A stretch of 31,095 nt of DNA. Origin: Fonticula alba ATCC 38817 (taxonomy: Eukaryota; Protista; Nucleariida). Shown in pieces: positions 1 to 10,700 of this stretch. The position numbers and the translations under genes were made by a program. The notes under the pieces were generated by a model. It was not told the DNA's origin and ran no database searches. It saw only the letters and a program-made list of their open reading frames with translations. How positions within the stretch are numbered: position 1 is the stretch's first letter; each line of letters begins with the position of its first letter. Location: NCBI GenBank assembly GCA_000388065.2, contig KB932201.1; one strand, 5' to 3'.

Positions 1-1041
1 GGGGGCAAGCAAGCGGTCAAGGCAATTTCCTGAGCAGGTCTGGACTCAGGACCGGCGGAGGAAAGAGCCGCGCGATCAGCCCCCCGGCCCCGCCCGGCCC
101 CGTTACACCAAAGTCACAACAGCAATAAAGCACAACACCGCCTGGGCAATCTCCCTGGACGAGTGGTCGCTCTACGAGCTGCTGCCGGACTGGCCTGCCA
201 AGGGGGCAGAAATTGGGCCGGCTCTTCCCCCGAGGCGTGCGCATTCCTGCGCACGTTGCCCCCTCCCCGGGGGGCGGGGCGGGGGGGGGGGGGGGGGGGG
301 ACCGCGCGGGTGGTGCAGCCGCGAGCTAGAACCACCCGGCTGTCTGGGCGGCTGGGCGGAAGCGCGGCCCTGGCAGTCCTGCGCAAGCAGTCCGTCTAGC
401 CACGAGGCCTGGGTGCCGGATTCGGTGCTCGCTACCATTGCCTCGCGCCCGGCCTACCCCAAGGGGCGACTGGTTGGGGAGTGGGGGCGGGGGGGGGGGG
501 GACGAGTCGCCACCGCACCGGGCGCCGCAACCAGCGCCCTGCCCCCCTCCGCGGACGAGACCCAGGCGAGCAACGGGACTACGGGCCCCAGGCCTCGGGG
601 CTCGGGCGTGCATGCACGACGCACGTACACACACAAGCACGCAAGCGCGCGCGCGCACGCGCACACGCACGCAAGCATCCCGGAGCGAGGGAGACGGCGA
701 ACAAGTGAGACCAGCGGTCGACTAGCGTTTGGCAGCGCCAAACACAGCACCTAGATGGCTGTGAGAACGCCGGCCGCCAACGAGCAGCCGGGAATACGGT
801 GGCGCCCACGGCTGCGAGGACGCGTAGCCGGCGCAAGTGTCGACCTTGACAACTGCAAGTAACCCCCGCACCGCGGCCCGGCCGAGCCCGGCCGCTCCCG
901 ACGACACTCTCCCCAGAGTCCCAGCTCGGCAGGTGTTGGGCTCGCGTGTGTGTGTGTGGGGGGGGGGCGGGGGGGAGGCACCGCCGGCGGCGGTAGTCAC
1001 CGCGGCCCCCTGTCGTTTATGTGCCCCCCCCCCCCCGGGCG

Positions 1042-1401
1042 NNNNNNNNNNNNNNNNNNNNNNNNNNNNNNNNNNNNNNNNNNNNNNNNNNNNNNNNNNN
1101 NNNNNNNNNNNNNNNNNNNNNNNNNNNNNNNNNNNNNNNNNNNNNNNNNNNNNNNNNNNNNNNNNNNNNNNNNNNNNNNNNNNNNNNNNNNNNNNNNNNN
1201 NNNNNNNNNNNNNNNNNNNNNNNNNNNNNNNNNNNNNNNNNNNNNNNNNNNNNNNNNNNNNNNNNNNNNNNNNNNNNNNNNNNNNNNNNNNNNNNNNNNN
1301 NNNNNNNNNNNNNNNNNNNNNNNNNNNNNNNNNNNNNNNNNNNNNNNNNNNNNNNNNNNNNNNNNNNNNNNNNNNNNNNNNNNNNNNNNNNNNNNNNNNN
1401 N
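1042..1401. other. Assembly gap (360 N)
   Basis: Run of N with poly-C tracts close by on both sides. Confidence 0.99.
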
Positions 1402-1892
1402 CCGGTAGACGGGGGAAGAGGGTGGTCGGTGTCAGCAGAGGCAGCGGGGGCGCCCCCCCCCCCCCCCCGGCCGGGATGTCCTCGGCTCCAACCCGTGTCG
1501 GGAGGGGGAGGGGGCACCATGAAGGCACAACCTTCCGGGCGGACCTCGGCGCATCTGACCCGCTCTCAGCACGCCGGCACCCGGAGAAAGTATGCAGGGG
1601 TTCGACATACTTGTAGGGGCCCCAATATCGGGGGCGTGCCCTTTCGGCCGGCGCTGCGAGGGGCGCGCCCGGCCGCGCGCTTGCCCTTCATCGCCCTCGG
1701 CCGTTGACTCCCTCTCCCTGTCTCTCTCTCTCTCTCTCTTTCGTGCACCACCTCCTCTACGATAGGCAGGCGGGCTGCGGTGGGCCTGTCCCCTCGGCCG
1801 GGGGAAGGAGGAGTGAACAGCCGGCGGGTGTGGAGGGCACCGGGCCGGGCGCCCGGAGATGGCAGCCTGCGCGAAGCCACGGCTCGGCTCGA

Positions 1893-1925
1893 TACGCGCG
1901 CGCGCGCGCGCGCGCACACGCACGC
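1893..1925. repeat. (CG)10 plus CA-type alternating purine-pyrimidine tract
   Basis: (CG)10 at 1895-1914 continues into cacacgcacgc. Confidence 0.9.
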
Positions 1926-4900
1926 CGACGCCCGGGCCACCGGGCTCGGGGACCAGCACGCACCGCCAGGAGCACGGTCCGGCGCCCCGAGCCCCGGTGC
2001 ACACCTGAAGCCGCAAGCACGGGGGGGGGGGGCGGGGGGGGACACAGACGCGGAATGAGCAACGGCACACGGGACAGGGCAGGGGGCGCGGGCGCTGGCG
2101 CGGGGTTGTTGTCCCCCAACACGGCGCTCGCGCTGGGGGCCCGTCGAAAGTGTGTCACTCTGAGTGAGTATTCGTCCGCGGCCCCTGGCATCGAAGGCCA
2201 AGGGGTACACAAACACACGGCCAGGTCCGTCCATGGGGGGCTGCCGCGCCGGGGCCCGGGAGGAACCGGCCACATAGGCGCGGCGGAAGAGCGGCCGCCG
2301 AGCAGGGCATGCGGCACCGGGGCCCTGCCGGATGCTGGAGTACGGCCGTTCGCCGGACGACGGGGCCGGTGCCGGGCGTCCGGCCTGGCACGTCTGTCCC
2401 GATGGCGCCCAGGCTCATCCCCATGGTCCGGGGCGTGGGGCGAGCCCGGTCGTTGGTCGCCGGGAGCCCCTGCCGCGGCCGCCGGCCGATCCATCGAGAG
2501 GGTGGTTGTGTCAGCGACAACAGATGGGAGAGAGAGAGAGAGAGAATAGAGGACAGCCGAAATGATGCACACACACACACACACTTGGCCAGGTAGTCCG
2601 TTCCCGGCGGAGCCGTCGCAGGAGATGCATGGTTAGGCGTGTCGGGGGGGCGTGCTGGGCCCTTGCCCATCCCTGCCGGCCGCGGGCCCGTATGTGCGAT
2701 GGCGCGCAATGCCGGGTCCGGCAGGCGGCCGGGTGCGCCGTTCGTCAGGGACCCCATGCACGCCAGCGAGCCCGGGCGCACTCGGCCGCGGGCGGCAAGT
2801 GGCGACATGCTCGGCAGCCGGGAGGATGCGCCCCCTACACGGAGTGCGCTGTGGGCGGGGGCGTCTGCGCCGGGGCCCAGGACCCCTCGGGCTCGCGGCA
2901 CAGCTCCGGGGCAGGTATGGCGGCCGGGCTGTTTGTCGGGAGCGGGCCCGGCCCAGCCCCCCGGACGAATGGTGTTCGTTCGGGCAAAGCTCTACTCCGA
3001 TCTGTTGTCGGCCGGTGCACGCCAACGGAAATATCCGCGCGGCCGCACCTCGGCGCCTCGCAACTGGCGCATCGCCCCCTCGCACCTCCCCACCCCGAGA
3101 AGGCTCATGTATTCGGGCGGCCGGCGTCGGCCCCGCCCCCGCGCCCCCGCGCCCCCCCCCCTCGGCTGACGGCCTGATGCACGGGTATGCCCCGCGACGT
3201 GCGTCTCCATGTGCGTGTGTGTGTGTGTGTGTCCGTGTATTTGGGTGGCCGGCCCCCGCCGGTGGCTCGGTGGCAGGGTGGCCATGTGCCGGCGCCAAGG
3301 GCATCCAACGCGCCGGTGTGACAGCGCCAGCCACCGGTAACACCCCCAAGCGTGACAAGAGGGGGGGATGTTTGGGGGGCAGTGGAGCAAGGCTTGTCGG
3401 CAAGACTAGACAGACGGCCCGGAGCGCATGCGCTCCGGGCCTCCGCATGAACGCCGGGCCTGCGACATGGCCCCAGAGCGACCGACACCTATGCGCCAGG
3501 ATGTGTGCCGGCAAGTGGGTGTGGGTGTCTGTGTATACACACAGAGGTACGTATGTGCCGAGTGCGTAGGTGTGTCCATGTATGACTCGGCAATATTCAT
3601 TTGGCCATATTGTGCTTTTCGGGGGGGCGTTTGGCCGGACTCCCGGGGCTCCGGCGAACTGGCCGCCGCCGGCCGGTGGCCGGGCTGTTTTCTTTTCCAT
3701 GCCTTACGTTAAACATAGAGAACCCCCGGACGCCCACTACGAGGTGAATATGTGGGGCTGAAGCGGCGGTTTCCCGCCTGCCCGCCCGTCGTTCGCTCGC
3801 TCGGAACTTCCGACCGGCCAAGTGCCGGTCAACCAGCCCGGGCTGCCGGGAGGAGTCCCCCGCCTCCCGGGGCTTGGCCCGTGCATACACACACACACAA
3901 GCACGTAGGTCGACGCCCCCCCCCCCGAGCCATTGGTACTCGGGCGTGTGGTACAGGCCACCGGGGCGGCACCGTCCAGGCGGGAGGACGCGCGCAAGGC
4001 CGCCGGCGTGCGTGTGTCCCGAACAAGGCCCCCCCCCCGAGGCCGGCGGCTCCGGGCCACACCGCTCGGCGCCCCCGGCCCAGCCCGGCCTGGCCCGGGC
4101 CACCCCGGCTGTCATGGGGGGTGATCCCGCTCGCAGAGAGAGCCCATGGCCGGGGGGCCGGGCCGGGGCGGGAATCCGGGCGGGCCACCCCCCCCCCCCC
4201 CCCGGAAGCCGACCCAGGGCCGGACTTGGCAGGAGGCCCCGCGCGGCCGTTGGAGTGCGGGAAGCGGCGCAAGTTCCGCCAGGCGGCGGCCCCCTGGGTT
4301 GGGGGCTGCCGTCGCGGCACGGCCCCCGGCGGCCCCCGGCAACCACTCAAGCCCGGGAGGGGGGTACCCCCGACGGAGCAGGCCACCTGGGCCCGGCAGG
4401 CGGGTCCGCGAGGCCCAGACCCCGACGTGGCTCCAGGAAGGCCGTCTGCGTTCGGCGAGGGGTTGTCATGCGGCGGAGGGAGGCCGGCCGCGCGGGCGGC
4501 CCCGATGCCCCGGCCGGCGCTGCTGCCCCCCCCCCCCCCCCGGTCCTGAGCCTCTCACGCTCGGAGGGCCGCCAGTCACTATTGACGGGTGGCCGACGCG
4601 GCCCTGTGTGCCCGGGACGCTCGGCGCCCGGGGCTTGCCCTGGTCTGGTGTGCGTGCGCCGGGGACCGAAAAACCACCCGCATCGCCGAGGGCATTTTGC
4701 TGCGCCATGCCCGCGCGGGTCCTGTTGGCGATTGTCTGGCTCATTCACGCCCCCCGGCCCCGATGGGGCCCCCCCCGGTGGGTTATTGTCAGACATCCCC
4801 GGCCGCCATCGGCCGGTGGGCGGTGTCCTAGCGCGCAAGGGCCTCTCCGCATGTGTGTGCCTGCGGCCTCGAGGGTGGGCGTGCTCAAAGGCATGGGGTC

Positions 4901-5338
4901 TACACACTCGCACAACGTGCCCGCAGGCGCCTCCCCGCTGGCCCCGCCCCCCCCCCCCCCCCCCCCCGGCTTCCGGCCCAGGCACCCCTACGTGCGCCTC
5001 TCCCTCCGTCCCCCTGGCAGAGTCCTGCCCCCAATGTTTCCCGTGCCCGAGCGCCGTTTCCCCGGGCAGCCAAACGTTTCATGTTCGGCCGCGGGTGCGC
5101 GCGCGTGCGCGCGCGCAAAGTGCACCAGGGCCGGCCGCGCAGGCGGACGCCCCCCCCCCCCCCGAGCCCGGCCCGGTCGGACCCAGACAGAGCTGCCTCA
5201 CGCCCGGGCCAAGGGCGCGGGGCTAGCATGGCCTGGCTGGGCGGATGACGAAGGCGGTCATCCGAGCCAAGGGGTGCGACCTTTGCCCGGGGGCGCGAAG
5301 AGGCAGAGCGAGGACGATCCGCCTCCCCCCCCCCCCCC

Positions 5339-5386
5339 NNNNNNNNNNNNNNNNNNNNNNNNNNNNNNNNNNNNNNNNNNNNNNNN
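5339..5386. other. Assembly gap (48 N) inside a poly-C tract
   Basis: C14 precedes and C13 follows the N run. Confidence 0.99.
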
Positions 5387-7044
5387 CCCCCCCCCCCCCG
5401 ATGCGGGCCACATTGCTGGGGCCTTCCGCCGAACTCCGGCCGCTGGGTATGGCCTTCCTTGGCTCCCGAGGCGGTGGACCCGGCTGCGCGGGCTCCCCAA
5501 AGGGACGCCGGAATTCCGGCCCCTGGCGCGTGGAATTGAGCCCAGCATCTCCGGACGATCGCGTGGCATGATTGCCGGCGCCCTGCGGCGGGTTGGATGT
5601 AAGACTCGAGTCAATCGCCGGCAGACATTCGGCCCACGAAGGGCGCGCCGGGGGAGCCGGTGCACGAACCTGACCGAGGCCTTGCGTGCTCGGCGCGCCA
5701 GCCAGTGCGCCGGTGTGACAGCCACACCGGCCCAGGCATGCACTTCGCGGGAGCCGCCCCCCCCCCCCCCGGTTCGGGGTAGGGGTGTGAGGCGGAGGGG
5801 GCGGCCGAGCCACCGGGCGGAGGGACAGGCGGGGTGCCAAAGACAGGGCCCGGTGATGACGGCAAGGGCGCCCCATCTGGCCAGCAGGGCAGACTGGCTG
5901 AGAGCCCCGCCCAGCCGTAACCAACCCAAGCCCGAGAGAGAGAGAGAGAGGGAGAGGCATGCGCCTGCCGCGGGGACAGGGACGAAGCGGCAGACCGGCG
6001 GGGCGGGGGCGATTCGGGCCCCCGGAGGCCAGGCCCATGCCATTGCACCTGGCACGCCTTCCTTTATTGTCCCTCCGCCGTCCGGCCAGCCGAAAAGGGC
6101 GCACTCGAGAAATGCCCCAAGACGGGGCCCTCTCCGTGCGACCATGGTCCTTCCCCCTTTGACCCCGTAACTCCGGCCGGTCGGCCCATGCAGTTCAGCG
6201 GACCTGCGCCGGCGCCATAGACACACACACACACACGACCGCGACCACAGGCCCCAAGCCGGGAGGGGCCCCGGAGTATCTCTCAGGCTGATGGACTCGC
6301 CCCCCCCCCCCTCCTCCGACCGACTTTCCACTCTCCATGCCACGAGGAACTCGGCCAGTGTGTTTGCGTGTACATGCACCTCCTCGCACATCCGCCCCAC
6401 CGCCTGGCCAAGGTCGGCCTGCGATCACTCCTCCCCCGGAGGGCGTGTCGCGCGGTCCGCCATCCCTGGGGCCCGGCGCGGTCGGGCCCTCCCACTCTTA
6501 AACCCGGGGCGCCGCCGGAGAAGACCGACATGGCCGCGCGTGGCTCTCCCGCATGCTCCTTCCCGCCACATTGAGCCGGGGTTCAGATGAGAGGAAGGTG
6601 GCGGGGCACGGGGCGAGAGGGGCGAGGGGCAGGAGAACATCCCTCTTCCTCCCTACCATCATCTCCCCCTGGCTCTCGCCCGCCTGGGCCATCCCCCGAT
6701 CACTCGCCTCGGAGTCGTTGCTCGACGGCTTGCTTCCCTACTCCCACCCGCCCGTGCCCGAATCATTTGCCGCCCTTTGTGCCACCCCGCGACGATGCAG
6801 GCACCCGGGTGCACGGTGTTCGCCCAACTTGGGCGCCAGCCGGCCCCCTGCCTTCCTCGGCCTCCCGCTCTCCGGTCCTCCCCTCCCAGGACGCACCCTC
6901 CGACGCTCTCCATCGCCCGATGTCGGGGACAGGAAGGCGGGGCGAGGGGGGGGGGGGGGGGGGAGCACGGCAATTGCTCCCGGGCGACCTCGACCAAGAG
7001 CCGACCTTCCCCTCCCAGCTCGATACCCAGCGGAAAAGCGCGTT

Positions 7045-7077
7045 CGTGTGCGCATGCGCGCGCGCGCGCGCGCGCGC
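7045..7077. repeat. Alternating purine-pyrimidine tract containing (CG)10
   Basis: cgtgtgcgcatg followed by (cg)10 at 7057-7076. Confidence 0.9.
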
Positions 7078-7700
7078 CCCCTCGGCCAGACATCTCCCAG
7101 GAGCGATTGGCGCCAAGCCGGCCGAGCGAACACGCCCGCATCGGGAGATGAGGATGTGGTCGTGGCATGTGATGCCATCACGGTACATCCACATGACCAG
7201 TTAACTTGGCCCATGTGCGAAGGGGCGCCATCGGGCCCAGCCTGCCCGCCTTCCCCCGCCCACACCACCCGGTCCGTTCATTCCCACCAAGATCGCAAGT
7301 GTCTGGGGGGGGGATTAAAAAAAAAAAAAGCCTGGCTCAAGATGTGGCACTGACTGTCGCCATGCTGCAGCTGGAAGTGCGCCTCGCCGGGGACCCCCGC
7401 ACCAGGCGCCCGGCCTCGCGATTGATAGGCCGACAAACCAGGAAGACCATCTACGGAGGAGGGAAAATAATAACAACCAAAAGACAACAGCAGCAAAGGG
7501 CAGAACCGTCGCAAGATCGTCTATTTCATCGCCCATCATCTCCAGGGATGAGGGGAGACCGTGCGGAGAGCATCCCTCCCCCGGCCCCGGTCCGGAGGAG
7601 AGCGAGGAAGAAAGAGGGAGGGTTTTTTCCATTCGACCGGCCGACGAGGCGGGCACGCGGGGAAAAAAAAAAAAAGACCCTCCCGCGCGCGCCTGCTCCT

Positions 7701-10700
7701 TCAGTACATTGGCTCCTTGGGGGCCGGCTTCTTCGGGTGCGCCGGAACCGGGCGCATGCGCGGCAACACCGTCACCGCGAAGGTGTAGCTGTGCTCCATG
7801 CCGCGATAGGTGTCATTGATGATGGACACATTGTAGTGGTAGACGCCCGGCTCTTCCGGTGCCGTGAAGCGCAGGGCCACCGCTCGGCCGGCACCAGCGA
7901 GGCCATCCGCATAGATGGTTCGCATGGCGGCAATCTCGCCGAAAGCCTCGCCCGGCGGGGGCACCGAATCGCGGAAGCGCACCACATTGGCCGGCTTCGG
8001 AAGCGACTGGACGTCCATGTCGGCCACGAGACTGGCCACATTGGCGGCCCGCTCGGCCGGGGTTTGCATCAACAAATCCACCGGCACCTCGATCTCCGAC
8101 AGGATGACCCACAAGCGGGAGGAAAGCTCCCGCGTGCGGATCCCCTGAGCCCGGATGGCCCGGATGTCCTCGCGATTGGCCAGACTCAAATGCAGGGACA
8201 CCTGCACTTCGGCCCCCGGGGGCAGGGCATCCGCGCTCCGGGCCCCGGCCGGCAGGTCCAACTGCATGGCCGCCCGCACGAGGGGCAGACTCCGGAGGAA
8301 CTGCGCCGCGCGGGGCTGACGCGACACCGCATCCAGCAGCCCCTCCAGGCGGCTGTGCGTGCGGAAGGGCAGCGGCACATCAAGCTGCCTTTCCGCCGGG
8401 ACCGAGGTCCCCGGGCGAGCCACGGCCCCGAAGAGCCCCTCGGCATCGGCCGCCTTCAGGGCCAAGTGCAGGAGACCATACTCCCCAACCGCCGGGTATG
8501 TGACATCGCGCAGGTTGTCCACCAGGCGATCCGTCACCCCGGGAACCTGGGCCAAAGCCGGCCCCTCGAACCAGGACTGCTGCTTGACCGCCTGCAGCAT
8601 GCGCATGGCCAGGGTCGCCGCGCGGAAGTTCCGATAATGCACGCACACATCGATCAGGGTCAGGAACACTCGGACTGCCTGATCCACCACGAGCTTGGTG
8701 TCGATCTCATAGTCCTTGATCGGGCTCGGCAGCCGGAGGATGTACGCCTGCAGCAGCAGATGCGTCTTCACATGGGGCAGATCCATGTCCACCGGGTCCG
8801 CCGAGTAGGGAACCTGCTCGGACACCTCGAAGTTGTGCATCTCCTCGTTATGCCGCATCGGGATCTCGGAGAACTCGTGCGCCTTGGAGAAGAGCACCAG
8901 CACATCGAAATAGGACAGGTCCGGCTTGAGGGCCAGCCGGCGCAGGCCATCGGCAAAGGTCCGAATGGTCCGGTGGGACACGTAGTACGTCGAGGCCACG
9001 CGACCAAGCTCAGTCGGCATGATGCAGGGTGCCCCCTCGCGCGACTCAACCGCTGAGGGAGCGCAAGTGGGCAAGGGGGTGCATGAAGTGGGACGAGGGG
9101 GAGAATGGGAGAAGGGGGGAGAATGGGAGAAGGGGGGAGNNNNNNNNNNNNNNNNNNNNNNNNNNNNNNNNNNNNNNNNNNNNNNNNNNNNNNNNNNNNN
9201 NNNNNNNNNNNNNNNNNNNNNNNNNNNNNNNNNNNNNNNNNNNNNNNNNNNNNNNNNNNNNNNNNNNNNNNNNNNNNNNNNNNNNNNNNNNNNNNNNNNN
9301 NNNNNNNNNNNNNNNNNNNNNNNNNNNNNNNNNNNNNNNNNNNNNNNNNNNNNNNNAAGGAAGAGAGGGAGAAAGGAAGAGAGGGAGAAAGGAAGAGAGG
9401 GAGAAAGGAAGAGAGGGGAAAAAGAAGAGAGGGAGAAAGGACAAAAGCATTAGTTTCAGAACATCCACTTGCTGGAAAGAGGACACACGAGCGGTTATGG
9501 AGAGCAGGGGAGGAAGACGGCCCAGCCAAACGCACTGATGCAGTAAGACTCCTTCAGGTCGACCAGAGTCTGCTCGGTCAGCTGGTGGAGGTGGCGCTGG
9601 ATGTCCTCCGACCCGCTGGTAGCCACCCCATAGTAGGAGGGGTTCTGGCACAGGCGGTGGAAGTAGTAGGTGGCCGACAGGTAGGCCAACGCCGAGGGGA
9701 TGTCGGTGATGGTGCCGATGACAATCTCCGCATTGAAGTGATCCGGAAGCATCAACGGCAGGGAGGACTCCACCGGGAAGGGCTCGGTCAGGAACTTCTT
9801 GTAGAAGTCCTTCTTCACGTCCTGCACCATGACAAATGCCATGGCCTTGTCATCGAACTGCGGACGGCCCGCACGTCCCATCATCTGCATGATGTCGGTG
9901 ATGGACATGTCCACATACCGGTGGGTCTTCGGGTCAAAGTACTCAGTCCCCTTGATGATGACCAGGTAGGCCGGAGTATTGACACCCCAAGCCAATGTAC
10001 TGGTGGCAATGAGGACCTGGATCTTGCGCTCATTGAAAAGCCGCTCACAGAGCTTTCGATCGGAATTGCAAAGACCCGCATGATGCAGACCAATGCCAAA
10101 GGCCAGGGTGTTGGACAGGACATCATCCTTCACCGTGGCCACCACTTCCTCGAACTCCAGATCCGACATGTTGCGCCGCCAGCGGAAGGGATTGTCCTCC
10201 TTCGAGAGGTAGGCCAGCAGGTCCTGCGCCGTCAGGCGCGTCTGCCGACGCGAGGACACAAACACGAGAACCGGCTTCTCCGGGGAATACTGACGAATGG
10301 CATCGAAGGCCGGCTTGTTCATCAGAGCCATTCGCGGGCAGTAATGCTTCCCCGGGAACCCCTGGAAGTTGATGTCAATCGGAACCGGCCGCACGGCCGG
10401 CTTGAAATTGAAGAGCCCCCGCGCGGGGACCCCCATCCAGGCGGCCACATCCTGGGCATTGGACAGGGCCGTCGACAGGCCGAGGAAGCGCACCGGGCGC
10501 CCGGTACGTTCGCTGATCTGGTTCATGCGCGAAACAATCACCTCCAAAATCGGCCCACGATCCTGCCCCAGCAAGTGCACCTCATCCATGATGACCAGCG
10601 AGACATTGGTCAGGAAGGAGGCATCGCGCTTCCACCCGCGCGAAATACCATCCCACTTCTCGGGCGTCGTGACAATGATGTTGCTCTGGCGGATGGTCTG

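Noticed and set aside
124-129. AATAAA as poly(A) signal of an upstream plus-strand gene
   Set aside because: A lone hexamer with no gene context inside the window.
4146-6170. 674-aa plus-strand ORF and overlapping ORFs in other frames
   Set aside because: Pro/Gly/Arg composition is explained by GC content and poly-C runs. The ORF spans an N gap, several frames are open at once, and there is no domain-like segment or coding-type codon bias.
7206-9056. 616-aa plus-strand ORF
   Set aside because: Antisense shadow of ASCC3 exon 11 and its 3' flank.
9140-9356. A missing ASCC3 exon hidden in the gap
   Set aside because: Exons 10 and 11 join in phase and give a continuous family-like sequence ([28 protein letters not shown]). 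A hidden exon is not needed, although it cannot be strictly excluded.
9097-9440. CRISPR-like array
   Set aside because: The repeats are contiguous low-complexity purine units without unique spacers, in a eukaryotic intron.
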